Positions 17,061 through 27,100 of a stretch of DNA of 64,000 nt are shown piece by piece. The DNA lies in NCBI GenBank assembly GCA_964487695.1, contig CAZASC010000003.1, positions 19,306-83,305 on the forward strand, in the 5' to 3' direction. Within the stretch, counting starts at the first letter, position 1. Each line of letters starts with the position of its first letter. Made by a program: the position numbers and the translations under genes. Below the pieces are notes generated by a model that made no database searches, had not been told where the DNA came from, and worked only from the letters and a program-made list of their open reading frames with translations. The stretch comes from an uncultured Victivallales bacterium. GTDB lineage: Bacteria; Verrucomicrobiota; Kiritimatiellia; UBA8416; CAZASC01.

Positions 17061-20000
17061 GCATGCTCCAGATCGCAGCGCAGACACCGCCGGGCTTCAC
17101 TTCTGGCTTCAACGTCACCGAGCGTGGCCACCACCTCGTCGAACGATGCTGTCCGCGACACGAGCCCTGCCAGGCGCGCATGCGGACGTGGAGGGGCCGA
17201 CTCGCCTTCAGCGGCGTAGCGTTTTTGCGTAAGCTTGAGATTGTCTGGCAGTTCTCCCTTGCCGCCGAAAATACGGTCAATGGAGCAGGCGGCACGCTGG
17301 CCGTCTCCAATGGCCTGTACCACGGACGCCGGCCCACGCGCACAATCGCCACCGGCGAAAACGCGTTCGCGGCTGGTGGCCAGCGTGACAGTGTCCACCT
17401 CGTATGTACCGTCTGTGTTCAGGCGTAGTCCCCACGCATCATTTGCGGCCACCTTCTGGCCTACCGCACTGATGATTGTATCGCATGGAATCTGGAACTC
17501 TGAGCCTGCGATCGGCTTCGATTGCCGGCGCCCACTCTCATCGGCTGTTCCAAGTTCCATCCGGACGCACTTGAGAGCTGTCACATGGCCCTTGTCGATC
17601 ACAGCCGCGACAGGCTGCGTCAGAAATTCGAGCTTTATGCCTTCCGCACTTGCTTCCTCAATTTCCTCGGTATAGGCCGGCATCTCGGCGCGGGTGCGGC
17701 GGTACACGACGGTCACCTCTCCGCCGTTTCGTCGTGCGCTGCGCGCCGCGTCAATGGCCACGTTGCCGCCACCAATGACCACGGTGCGCCCCAGTTTCTG
17801 CGGAGCCCGTCCGAATGCGGCGTCCCTCAGGAATCGGACGCCGTCAAGAACGCCCGGTGTGGTTGTGTCGAATCCCTTCAGAGGCGTGCTTTCATGTGCG
17901 CCGACGCCCAGGAACACAGCCCCGTATCCGGCGTCGAACAAATCCTCCAACCGATTGACGGGCGAGTCGAGTTGCAGTTTTACGCCCGTGGAAAGAATGA
18001 AATCTATGTCCAATTTGAGGCGATCGTCTGGCAGGCGGTATCTGGGAATTCCGACAAGAAGCATGCCTCCGGCTTTGGGCAGGGACTCAAAAATTGTCAC
18101 GCTATGGCCGAAAGAACGCAGGAAATACGCGCAAGTCAATCCTGCCGGCCCGGCTCCTACGACGGCCACCTTCTGCTTGGTCTCGCTCACCGTCCACTGT
18201 TCGGGGGCCCGCCACGGAGCGGCAACTGTGTCCGTAATATGGCGCTTGATGTCACGAATGGAAAGAGGCTCGTCTATATCAGTGCGGCGACAGCGGTGTT
18301 CGCAGGGATGGTCGCATACGCGACCACAGACAGAGACCAGCGGATTGCGCATCTGAATGACGGCCAGCGCTTCGGTATAGCGGTCCTCGGCGGCAAGGGT
18401 CAGGTAATCCGGTACGTCAACCCCTGCCGGGCAGGCATGGCTGCATGGCGACTCGACGAGTCCCGGACAAGCCGAAGCTCTGCACTGCTTCAGCGCGATG
18501 TGCTCCATGTATTCTTCGCGGAAGTGGCGTAGCGTACTCAGCACCGGATTGGCCGCAGTCTGGCCAAGCCCGCAAAGTGAGTTCTTCTTGACCTGATAGG
18601 CAAGAGCCTCGAGTTTATCCAAATCGGACAGCTCTCCCTTGCCGGCGCAAATGCGCTGGAGAATTTCCAGCATCCGCGTAGTTCCAATCCGGCAAGGCGG
18701 ACATTTGCCGCACGATTCCTTGGCGCAGAAATCCATGAAGTAGCGGGCGATGTCCACCATGCAGGTGTTCTCGTCGAGTATGATCAGACCGCCTGAGCCC
18801 ATGATGGCGCCGACTTCTTTTACCGACTCGTAGTCTATTGGCAGATCCAGATAGCGGGCCGGCACACACCCACCGGATGGGCCGCCCATTTGCGCGGCCT
18901 TGAAGGCACGTCCTTTCGGAATGCCGCCGCCGATTTCATAAACGAGCTGGCGGAGCGTAATGCCCATTGGGACTTCCACGAGGCCGGTGTGATTCACTTT
19001 ACCCGCAAGCGCGAAAATTTTTGTCCCTCTGCTTTTTTCCGTGCCAAGCTTTGCATATTCCTCAGCGCCCATTCCAAGAATTGCCGGGATATTGGCGTAC
19101 GTTTCCACGTTGTTGATGTTCGTGGGTTTGCCCCACAAACCGGCTTGGGCGGGGAACGGCGGGCGTGGTCTGGGCTGGCCGCGTTTTCCTTCAATGGAAG
19201 CCATAAGCGCTGTCTCTTCGCCGCACACGAACGCTCCGGCGCCAATCTTGATCTCCAGATCGAAATCGAAAGTGGTGCCGAGTATATGTTCTCCCAGAAG
19301 ACCCGATTTCATGGCTTGCTTGATGGCTATCCCGAGATGTTCGATGGCGATTGGATACTCGGCCCGAACGTAGACGTATCCACGTCTTGCGCCGATGGCG
19401 TAAGCTGCGATCAACATCCCCTCCAGCAATGCGTGAGGATCGCCCTCAATGACGGCCCGATCCATGAACGCTCCGGGATCTCCTTCGTCGGCATTACAGA
19501 CAAGGTACTTGATGTCGCCGGCTGCGGCGCGGGCGAGACTCCATTTTAAACCGGTTGGAAACCCGGCCCCGCCTCGTCCACGAAGGCCGGATGTGGTAAT
19601 CTTTTCTATCACAGATTGAGGAGCCATTTCGGTCAAGACCCGGTCGAATACATCGTAAGCGCCCTCCGCGAGAGCCGATTCGATGTCTGTGGGATCTATT
19701 CGTCCGCATCGATCAAGAACGATTTGTTTTTGGGCAGAGAAGAAAGGTATATCGGCGCGTCGTGGGATGGGGGCGTTTTGACCACTGAAGCAAAGGCGAT
19801 CCACCACACCTCCGCCGATCAGGGTGGTGCGGACGATTTCGGCCACATCTTCGGGTTTGGCGCCCACGTAGACGATTCCGTCAGGATCAATGCTGATCAC
19901 CGGTGCGCCGGCGCAAACGCCCTGGCAACCGGTCTTGATCAGGGCGACGGCATTTGTCAGGCCTGACGATGCCAATTCTTTCTCGAATGCCGAGTGGACA

Positions 20001-20122
20001 TTGAGAGCGCCCAATGCCCTGCATCCCGTCGCGCAGATTCGCACCGCCCTTTTAGGTTTGTGTGTCTGTGCTTCACTACGGCGCAGACGCAGTTCTTTGA
20101 TCTGTGCTGTTATCTCAGACAT
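17051..20122 (-). CDS. Fusion of NuoF-like FMN/NAD(H) module and GltD/NfnB-like FAD/NADPH oxidoreductase module
   Basis: N-terminal thioredoxin-like 2Fe-2S segment. NuoF blocks: GLRGRGGAGFPTGLKW, KYLVCNADEGDPGAF, ESCGKCPPCRIGT. GltD-like part: Cys clusters (CPGLVESPCSHACP; CGRVCDHPCEHRC), VAVVGAGPAGL (FAD) and VVIGGGNVAIDAA (NADPH). Start is ATG 20122; a TTG at 20137 overlapping the upstream stop is an alternative. Confidence 0.8.
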   Translation of the reverse strand: MSEITAQIKELRLRRSEAQTHKPKRAVRICATGCRALGALNVHSAFEKELASSGLTNAVALIKTGCQGVCAGAPVISIDPDGIVYVGAKPEDVAEIVRTTLIGGGVVDRLCFSGQNAPIPRRADIPFFSAQKQIVLDRCGRIDPTDIESALAEGAYDVFDRVLTEMAPQSVIEKITTSGLRGRGGAGFPTGLKWSLARAAAGDIKYLVCNADEGDPGAFMDRAVIEGDPHALLEGMLIAAYAIGARRGYVYVRAEYPIAIEHLGIAIKQAMKSGLLGEHILGTTFDFDLEIKIGAGAFVCGEETALMASIEGKRGQPRPRPPFPAQAGLWGKPTNINNVETYANIPAILGMGAEEYAKLGTEKSRGTKIFALAGKVNHTGLVEVPMGITLRQLVYEIGGGIPKGRAFKAAQMGGPSGGCVPARYLDLPIDYESVKEVGAIMGSGGLIILDENTCMVDIARYFMDFCAKESCGKCPPCRIGTTRMLEILQRICAGKGELSDLDKLEALAYQVKKNSLCGLGQTAANPVLSTLRHFREEYMEHIALKQCRASACPGLVESPCSHACPAGVDVPDYLTLAAEDRYTEALAVIQMRNPLVSVCGRVCDHPCEHRCRRTDIDEPLSIRDIKRHITDTVAAPWRAPEQWTVSETKQKVAVVGAGPAGLTCAYFLRSFGHSVTIFESLPKAGGMLLVGIPRYRLPDDRLKLDIDFILSTGVKLQLDSPVNRLEDLFDAGYGAVFLGVGAHESTPLKGFDTTTPGVLDGVRFLRDAAFGRAPQKLGRTVVIGGGNVAIDAARSARRNGGEVTVVYRRTRAEMPAYTEEIEEASAEGIKLEFLTQPVAAVIDKGHVTALKCVRMELGTADESGRRQSKPIAGSEFQIPCDTIISAVGQKVAANDAWGLRLNTDGTYEVDTVTLATSRERVFAGGDCARGPASVVQAIGDGQRAACSIDRIFGGKGELPDNLKLTQKRYAAEGESAPPRPHARLAGLVSRTASFDEVVATLGDVEARSEARRCLRCDLEHACK

Positions 20123-20133
20123 GAACAAACCTT

Positions 20134-20649
20134 TCAATCAGCCGTGTTTCCGGCTGCATCCTTCCCATCTATTGCGTCCAGAATCTTTACAGCCCTGTCG
20201 GGTGTCAACCTGCCGAAGTATTGACTGTCCACGAGCATGACAGGCGACAGAAAGCAAGTGCCAAGGCAGGCCACGGTCTCAAGCGAGAAACGCATGTCTG
20301 GTGTGGTTTCGCCATCCTCAATTCCCAGATGCTGCGAAACCTTGGCAAGAACCTGCGGCGCATTCCTGACGTGGCAGGCAGTGCCGCGGCAGACTCGGAC
20401 TGTATGTTTTCCGTGCGGCTCAAGATGAAATTGTGCATAGAAAGTGGCCACCCCGTAAAATTTGGCAACTGGCATGCCGCTTAACCGGGCCAATTCGTCC
20501 ATGGCCGGTCTCGGCAGGTAGCCGTAGCGGTCCTGGATATCCTGAAGAGAACTGATGATGCTGCCTTCCGTAAACGGCGCATAAGAAGCTACGATTGTGG
20601 CCACCGGCGCCAGATCAACATCATGCTTTTCAACGGCTTTCGTTTTCAC
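20134..20649 (-). CDS. NuoE/HydC-like thioredoxin-fold [2Fe-2S] ferredoxin subunit
   Basis: Cys pattern CRGTACHV ... CLGTCFLSP, typical of the 24-kDa NuoE family. First gene of the fdh cluster. Confidence 0.8.
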   Translation of the reverse strand: MKTKAVEKHDVDLAPVATIVASYAPFTEGSIISSLQDIQDRYGYLPRPAMDELARLSGMPVAKFYGVATFYAQFHLEPHGKHTVRVCRGTACHVRNAPQVLAKVSQHLGIEDGETTPDMRFSLETVACLGTCFLSPVMLVDSQYFGRLTPDRAVKILDAIDGKDAAGNTAD

Positions 20650-20747
20650 AAAACTCCTGTCAGGTGCAAACCACTACCACAATGTAGTATGGTACGTTTA
20701 ACTGACGATACGACTCAAGGAAAAAACATATTGCTTTGCCGCCGGCT

Positions 20748-21347
20748 TTACAATCGTCTCCGCATCAGACAGGACCATGCCTGTGGCGGATCGGCCTGGT
20801 CGGAGTCAAAATGAGTTGCCGCCAGCTCGATAATCTCAAAACGGCTCTCGACTGCGGCTGTGATTTCAGACGCCGACCAGCGCGGTGGGCCCACTTCGCT
20901 CTTCGGTCCATCGCTGCTTCCGATAAGGCTTACCCATAGACCACGATCCGCCAGAGAGCCGTATACGGCTTCGACCCAGATTCTTCTGTCATTCGTAGCT
21001 TCGAAGCAATGGAGACAACCACGGTCGAACACGAGTCCAAATTGGCCGCCGGGGAGTTTGTCCGACAACACGTTGACTACGCTGAAATCCACGCGGGCTT
21101 TCCGCTCCTGGGCTTTTCGACGTGCCTTGTCCACCGCCGCCGCAGAAACATCCACCGCCTTTACCTGGAATCCACGGGCCGCGAGCCAGATGGCATTGTT
21201 TCCAGTTCCGCACCCGATTTCCAGGGCGGCACACGGCTTGATGGAATGCGCCTCAATCAACCGTTCGAGATTCCTGTCGTGGCGTTCAGTTTCCCACGGA
21301 GTTCCGTTTTTCAGGTATCGTTCGTTCCATTGCGCTTGTGTATCCAT
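20748..21347 (-). CDS. Class I SAM-dependent methyltransferase (TPMT/TehB-like)
   Basis: Trimmed to ATG 21347. Contains WNERY..GTPWE and the SAM motif ALEIGCGTGNNAIWLA. Confidence 0.65.
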   Translation of the reverse strand: MDTQAQWNERYLKNGTPWETERHDRNLERLIEAHSIKPCAALEIGCGTGNNAIWLAARGFQVKAVDVSAAAVDKARRKAQERKARVDFSVVNVLSDKLPGGQFGLVFDRGCLHCFEATNDRRIWVEAVYGSLADRGLWVSLIGSSDGPKSEVGPPRWSASEITAAVESRFEIIELAATHFDSDQADPPQAWSCLMRRRL

Positions 21348-21384
21348 GTGGACGGATTTCCTTCTAATATCGCATTCAGCGTGC

Positions 21385-22626
21385 TCATTTCGTTCCCTCC
21401 TGCTGTGCCGGGGCACCGGACGGGAGAGGCGAGTGATGGGAGTATAGAAACTCAACGAGATCGGCCATCTCACCGGGCTCGAATTTCGGCCATGGAATCC
21501 CTTTTGCCGCCATCAGTGGCACCATTTCTTCGGCATTGTTCCACATGGCATTGATCATATCTAAAGGAGACATGATGGCCTTCGACTTGTCAGGGTGCGG
21601 GCCCGCAGAACTCCCGAATTCGGCAGGTGTGTGACACTCGCTGCAGCGACGCTTAACAAACAATTCTTTGCCACTGGACGCATTGCCGGGTTTGTCGAAA
21701 TAATTGATGAAATACAGATAGGCAATGATGTCGGCCATTTCATTGTCCTGGAACTTCACTATGGCTATCTTGCGCTCCCGCATCTTTTCCCACATGGCAG
21801 TTCCATGGTTCCACATGAGGCCGGCGACCTGGGTCACGCTGCGCACGAGCTCTTCCCGTCGTTTACCGAGATCTGGCACCTCTGGCAGGCCTCCCGCACC
21901 GCGCACCGGGTGGCACTCGGCGCATCCCTTGCTGGCGAACAGGTCGCGACCGCGGCGCGGGTTACCTGGCTGCATATACACTGGATCGGCATTGGCCGGC
22001 GCCGCCGTGTGCTGAAGGTAGGCTATCAGATCAGCCATCTGATCCTCCTCGAACTTAGGACGGGAAACGCCCTGCTTGAGGAACTCTTCGCTCATGGGCA
22101 CGCCGTGGTTCCACATGGCCTGGGCGATCACGATCGGCGAAAGCTTGGCGTACCCGCGCAGGCTCGGGCCCACTTTCTCAAAATCAGCTTCCCGCTGCAG
22201 CGAATGACATTTCGAGCAATTCTTCTGATCGAAAATCTCCCGGCCCTTTTCGGGGTCGCCGGGCTTGCCGAGTTGCGCCAAATAGAACTGGTAAGCTGTG
22301 AGGAAGGCGACCAGGTTGGCCATTTCCTGGGGAGTCGTCTTTGGCACGTCTATATGCAAGGCCACCATGTTCTCGTACATCGCTGGTGCGTGATTCCACA
22401 TGGTACCGGCCACGTCCAGCAGGCTGCCTTTCAGGTGGATCCGGCCTAGATTTGGACCGATCCGGCCTCCCGCTTCGCCAATGGCGTGGCACCTGACACA
22501 GCCTTTTTCCTGAAAAAGCCGCGCACCATACGAAGGATCCTCAGGCAACGGAATGGGGTCTTGCGCCATGGCCACGGATGTACCCAGGATTAGTAGGCTT
22601 AACCAAGTGGAATGAATGACGTTCAT
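21385..22626 (-). CDS. Secreted cytochrome c with four tandem class-I-like monoheme domains
   Basis: Signal peptide, then CVRCH, CSKCH, CAECH and CSECH. Each is followed ~35-45 aa later by an MWNH/MWNN..M block and an E..DL.A(Y/F)L helix. The start overlaps the NrfD gene by 4 nt. Confidence 0.75.
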   Translation of the reverse strand: MNVIHSTWLSLLILGTSVAMAQDPIPLPEDPSYGARLFQEKGCVRCHAIGEAGGRIGPNLGRIHLKGSLLDVAGTMWNHAPAMYENMVALHIDVPKTTPQEMANLVAFLTAYQFYLAQLGKPGDPEKGREIFDQKNCSKCHSLQREADFEKVGPSLRGYAKLSPIVIAQAMWNHGVPMSEEFLKQGVSRPKFEEDQMADLIAYLQHTAAPANADPVYMQPGNPRRGRDLFASKGCAECHPVRGAGGLPEVPDLGKRREELVRSVTQVAGLMWNHGTAMWEKMRERKIAIVKFQDNEMADIIAYLYFINYFDKPGNASSGKELFVKRRCSECHTPAEFGSSAGPHPDKSKAIMSPLDMINAMWNNAEEMVPLMAAKGIPWPKFEPGEMADLVEFLYSHHSPLPSGAPAQQEGTK

Positions 22627-23978
22627 GCTTCCTCCACCGTTGTTGCGGGGGGCAAATAGGTCTGGATACGCGCGACGGTTTCAGGCACAGCCACCTCGCG
22701 GCCTTCCCGTATTTCCCAGATGGAAATAATTGGAAACAGTTTGGTGAACAACATGTAGACCAGAATGAACCCGGCAAAACATCCAGCCATCAGCGACCAC
22801 TCGACCCATGACGGATGATAGAAATGAAACTCCACGGGCAATCGCGGGTTGGACAAAGACGGTACGACAATGGTGAAACGCTCAAGCCACATGCCGATAT
22901 TGATGGAGATGGAGGCGATCAAGGTCCCATTGATCGTGCGCGTGCGAGAGTTGCACAGGATGGCGAACGGGATGATAAAACAGGTCAGGAACATCGTCCA
23001 GAAGAGCGGCGCATAAGATCCGGTGAACTTGGCCCAGAAGACGCTCATCTCAACGGGCTCATGGCCGTACCAGGCCGTCAGGTATTCGGCCAGAGTAAAG
23101 TAGAACCACAACAACGTCATCACGAACAGCAGAATGCCCAGATTATTGAAATGCACCGGTCGCAGGTAGGCCTCGAGGTGATACACCTTGCGGATAATGA
23201 CCATTGCCGTAATGAGTGCAGCAATCCCCGAGAAAATGGCGCCGACAACGAAGAACGGTCCAAAAATTGTCGAATGCCACATGGGCATGATCGTCATGGC
23301 AAAGACCCACGATACGATCGTATGCACACTGATCGCAATGGGAATAATGATCACCGCCAGAACGCTGATCACCTTTTCGATCCTATGCCATTGCTTGTCG
23401 GTACCAGTGAATCCCATCGCCAGCACACGATAAACCGGTTTGCGCCATCCGGTGGCCACATCCCGCAGGATGGCCAGGTCGGGAATCAAGGGCATATACA
23501 GGTAAATCGAGCTGCCTGTCAAATAGACGCAGATGCTGCTGATGTCCCATAGCAGTGGGGACGTGAAATGGGCATGGGTGATCACATACAGGGCGCGATC
23601 CGGACGGCCCAGATCGAGGAGCACGTTACCCACGCCGAAGAACAAGACGAGCACGGTAATCATTTCCGCCATGCGCGTGATGGAGCGACGCCATTCCGCC
23701 CGGCAGAGCCGCAGGATCGCCGAGATCAGCGTCCCGGCATGGCTTACGCCGATGAAGAAAACGAAGTTGGTGATATAAATGCCCCAATACACGGGGCGAT
23801 TTAATCCCGTCATGCCCAAGCCGTTACGCAATTGCCAGCAGTAGGCCCAAATGGCCCAGCCGACCACGCTTGCCAGTATGGCGACGGCCGTATAGAAGCC
23901 CCGGCCTGACGTGAAAATGGGCTTGAATATCTGTCGATCCTGATCGTAGGCGGTCTTGCTGTCGAGGAGATGCGGCAT
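22623..23978 (-). CDS. NrfD/PsrC-family integral membrane quinone-interacting subunit (large, ActC/QrcD size class)
   Basis: 451 aa and highly hydrophobic. The N-terminal region (..FYTAVAILASVVGWAIWAY..GMTGLNRPVYWGIYITNFVFFIGVSHAGTLISA..) is typical of the NrfD family. Lies directly after the FeS subunit. Confidence 0.8.
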   Translation of the reverse strand: MPHLLDSKTAYDQDRQIFKPIFTSGRGFYTAVAILASVVGWAIWAYCWQLRNGLGMTGLNRPVYWGIYITNFVFFIGVSHAGTLISAILRLCRAEWRRSITRMAEMITVLVLFFGVGNVLLDLGRPDRALYVITHAHFTSPLLWDISSICVYLTGSSIYLYMPLIPDLAILRDVATGWRKPVYRVLAMGFTGTDKQWHRIEKVISVLAVIIIPIAISVHTIVSWVFAMTIMPMWHSTIFGPFFVVGAIFSGIAALITAMVIIRKVYHLEAYLRPVHFNNLGILLFVMTLLWFYFTLAEYLTAWYGHEPVEMSVFWAKFTGSYAPLFWTMFLTCFIIPFAILCNSRTRTINGTLIASISINIGMWLERFTIVVPSLSNPRLPVEFHFYHPSWVEWSLMAGCFAGFILVYMLFTKLFPIISIWEIREGREVAVPETVARIQTYLPPATTVEEA

Positions 23979-23981
23979 GGT

Positions 23982-24665
23982 TTAGATTCCCTCTTTCAGG
24001 TAGATGACTTTTGGTTTGGTGCCGAGGTCTTCCATCAGGCGCTCAGCCCGCGGGCTGCGCGCCCATTCGGCGACCTGACTGTCCGGATTGTCAAGATCGC
24101 CGAAGACCATCGCGCCGGCGGGACAGGCCTGCACGCAGGCCGGCTGGTAATCTTCGTCGCGCATGGCGCGGCCCTCGGCTTCAGCGGTCTCCTTCGCCTT
24201 GGTCCGGCGATGACTGCAGAAGGTGCATTTCTCGATTACGCCCTTTGGGCGCACTGAAACGTCACTATTCAACGAGGCCTGCAGTTGCTTGGGCCATTCT
24301 GGTGCGGTCCAATTGAAATACTTGACCGTATATGGGCAGGCATTGGCGCAGTAGCGGCAGCCTATGCAGCGGGGATAAGTCTGGGCCACAATCCCTTCCG
24401 GCGTTATGTAGGTTGCGCGTGTGGGGCACACGAAGATACAAGGGGGCCGGTCGCAATGTTGGCAGAGCATGGGACGAAAACGCACCTTCACATCAGGAGA
24501 TTCGCCTTCGACCTCTGTCTGGATGTACATCCAGGAAATCTGTCGACCTTTCTCGGCCGTCGCCGGCGTAGAGAAAGGAACATTATTTTCCTGCTTGCAG
24601 GCGATCACACACGCCTGACAGCCGGTGCAACGGTCCAAATCAATTACCATTCCCCAACGGGGCAT
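23982..24665 (-). CDS. Four-cluster 4Fe-4S ferredoxin-type subunit (NrfC/PsrB/QrcC/ActB2-like)
   Basis: Motifs CTGCQACVIACK, CQHCDRPPCIFVCP, CIGCRYCANACP and CTFC...CVQACP. It has no signal peptide of its own, so hitch-hiker export with the TAT-MopB is plausible. Confidence 0.85.
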   Translation of the reverse strand: MPRWGMVIDLDRCTGCQACVIACKQENNVPFSTPATAEKGRQISWMYIQTEVEGESPDVKVRFRPMLCQHCDRPPCIFVCPTRATYITPEGIVAQTYPRCIGCRYCANACPYTVKYFNWTAPEWPKQLQASLNSDVSVRPKGVIEKCTFCSHRRTKAKETAEAEGRAMRDEDYQPACVQACPAGAMVFGDLDNPDSQVAEWARSPRAERLMEDLGTKPKVIYLKEGI

Positions 24666-27100
24666 CAGCCACCTCCTGTCGCTTTTGAAATCCGCACGCG
24701 TGTAGTCGCCGCCAAGGCCATAGATCCAAACCCTGTCGCATCCGTGCGATACGCGATCAGATCGCTCACCCCGGTCGACGCTTTCTTTACGTATTCGCCT
24801 CCGCCCTGATGCTCCTGCCCCAGCAACACGCTGAGAACATTCTTCATGCCTCTCGGAGACACACGCGCTCGAATCATGATCTTACCGAGCGGCGATTCGA
24901 GCCACACCCAGTCCTCCTTCGCGATCCCAAAGCGGCGTGCTGTTTCGGAATCCATTTCCACCCAGCTATCCCATCGGGCATAGACGAGGGGCGAAAGCGC
25001 TTCCTGCAAAAACGACTGGTTCGGGTTTTCCAGACCGCCCGTGGTGAGGACGGTAAACACTTTCAGCAGCAACGGGAATTCACGGGGGTCGCCGGCGAGG
25101 GGAACCGGCACGAAACGGGGCATCCACGCGTTCTCGGACGGCTGCGTGGGGTGAGCTACCGCCAGCGCCTGCGACACAAACTCGAATTTTCCGGAGGCGG
25201 TTCGCAAAACCCGCCGCCATTGTTCATATGAATAAATCGGATCCCACCAGCCGCCTGTTTTCACCAGCTGATCCCAGAATTCATCGAAGGTCTTGGCGGA
25301 TGGAATCCACCAGCCCCCGGTTTCGAGTTGCTGTGTCCATGCGTCCTCATAAGGTGTGGTGTAAGGTGAGCCTCTGCGCGACTCGAACAAGCCTTCCGCC
25401 ACAAACCGCAACACATCATGCGCGGTTTGCCATGGAAATGCGGCCGCAACAGTCCCGCCTTGATCGCGCCCTAACGAGATTATCACTTCGCTCATGAGCC
25501 GCGTGTCCAGCAACGGTGCAAGCGCCGGCGGGCTTAGTGCCCACACCGGCGTGCCGTTGACGGGCAGCGGTGCGGCGTCCTGCCATTTCTCCAATGGAGA
25601 ATGATCTGGCAAAATCAGATCGGCCAGCGCGGCGCTGTCGTCGAGCGTGCTGGAGAAACTCACGATGAATGGAATGTTTTCTGCCGCTTCGAAGAATTTC
25701 TTCTCCTGCGGCGCGATTGAAAAGAAACGACTGCTCGAAATGAACAGAGCCTCGACCGGGTATGGTTTAAGCGAAGCAATGACCTCCGCCAACGCAGGTA
25801 GCACCGCCCCATCTGCCGGGAATCCAAAAGGAACAGGTTTCAGCGGTTGCGACAGTCCGCGCTGAGCTACTGCGTCTAGTATAGGTTCGTCAAATGCTTT
25901 CAGCGGCAGCGGACGCTGGGTCAATACGCCGCCAGGTCTGTCTATCATGCCGTTGAGTGCGTTGAGTGCGAGGACAGACCAGGCTAACGGTATCCCGCCC
26001 GACAAAGGGATCTGCTCGCCAACGACCAGTGCCGGCCTGTTGGCCGAGATCTCGCGGGCCAACCGCAGGATGGTAGTCGCGGGGACTCCGGTCACTGCGG
26101 CCGTATCGAGCGGCGCATAATCGCGCAGCAAGACCGTCCGAAAGCCGACATGCTCCCGGCCAGAGGCATCTGTCCAGTCCTCAAACCCGGCGGTATGGTC
26201 CGATACGAAGGCCCGATCATACAGGTCTTCGCGGATCAGCACATGGGCGATCGACAGGGCAAGGGCCGACTCCGTCCCTGGGTTAATGGGGATCCATTCA
26301 TCGGCCTTAACCGCCGTGGGCGATAGCCGCGATTCCACCTGGATGAAACGTCCGCGCCGTTCCGGCTGCCCCCTCCGCAGATGACCGAACTGTCTGGCCA
26401 TCCACGTGGGCGACAACCAGGCTTCGAGCACGGGCGTGCCGAACGACAGGACATACGTGGTTTTTTCGAAATCGTAAGCCGGCAGTTCCTTTACACCCTG
26501 GCAGAAGTAAGCTGCGGCGCGCGCAGCCTCATCCCGGATATCGGTAAACTCGAATAGATTGGGGCTGCCATAAGAGCGCATGAAACGGCGGATCAGTTGG
26601 CCTGTCGTGGCATCGTCACGCTCGGCGATCCATGCCAGAGCCTGTGGTTTGTTTTGCGTTCGCATACCGCCGAGATGTGACCGGATATCAGCGAGCGCGT
26701 CCTCCCACGAGATGCGAGCCCACTTATTGGCACCGCGCGGCCCAACTCGTCGCACAGGGCAGAGCAGACGATCCGGATCGTAAAGTGCCTGAATGGCCGC
26801 CTGGCCTTTCGGGCACAACGTCCCACGCGCTATCGGGCAGAGGGGATTACCATCCAGCTTCTTCACATTCCCATCCACCAATCGCACCCGCAGGCCGCAG
26901 GCCGCGGGACACTGACGGCAGATGGACGACATCCATGTTTCGATACCGGGTCCTTCTACCGGATAATCGGGGGTTATCTTCCGTATAAGGGTATCGCCCA
27001 GATAGGCGCCAAGAGTAATGCCTGCAGCGGACCCCCCGACAAGCTTCAGAAAATCGCGGCGGTTTATTTGCCATGGATTATTATTTGAGGGAGTCGTCAT
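24665..27100 (-). CDS. TAT-exported molybdopterin-oxidoreductase (MopB) family catalytic-type subunit, substrate unknown
   Basis: Twin-arginine signal NRRDFLKLVGGSAAGITLG. FS0-type cysteines CRQCPAACGL...CPKG. 811 aa. Overlaps both neighbours by 1-4 nt. Confidence 0.8.
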   Translation of the reverse strand: MTTPSNNNPWQINRRDFLKLVGGSAAGITLGAYLGDTLIRKITPDYPVEGPGIETWMSSICRQCPAACGLRVRLVDGNVKKLDGNPLCPIARGTLCPKGQAAIQALYDPDRLLCPVRRVGPRGANKWARISWEDALADIRSHLGGMRTQNKPQALAWIAERDDATTGQLIRRFMRSYGSPNLFEFTDIRDEAARAAAYFCQGVKELPAYDFEKTTYVLSFGTPVLEAWLSPTWMARQFGHLRRGQPERRGRFIQVESRLSPTAVKADEWIPINPGTESALALSIAHVLIREDLYDRAFVSDHTAGFEDWTDASGREHVGFRTVLLRDYAPLDTAAVTGVPATTILRLAREISANRPALVVGEQIPLSGGIPLAWSVLALNALNGMIDRPGGVLTQRPLPLKAFDEPILDAVAQRGLSQPLKPVPFGFPADGAVLPALAEVIASLKPYPVEALFISSSRFFSIAPQEKKFFEAAENIPFIVSFSSTLDDSAALADLILPDHSPLEKWQDAAPLPVNGTPVWALSPPALAPLLDTRLMSEVIISLGRDQGGTVAAAFPWQTAHDVLRFVAEGLFESRRGSPYTTPYEDAWTQQLETGGWWIPSAKTFDEFWDQLVKTGGWWDPIYSYEQWRRVLRTASGKFEFVSQALAVAHPTQPSENAWMPRFVPVPLAGDPREFPLLLKVFTVLTTGGLENPNQSFLQEALSPLVYARWDSWVEMDSETARRFGIAKEDWVWLESPLGKIMIRARVSPRGMKNVLSVLLGQEHQGGGEYVKKASTGVSDLIAYRTDATGFGSMALAATTRVRISKATGGG

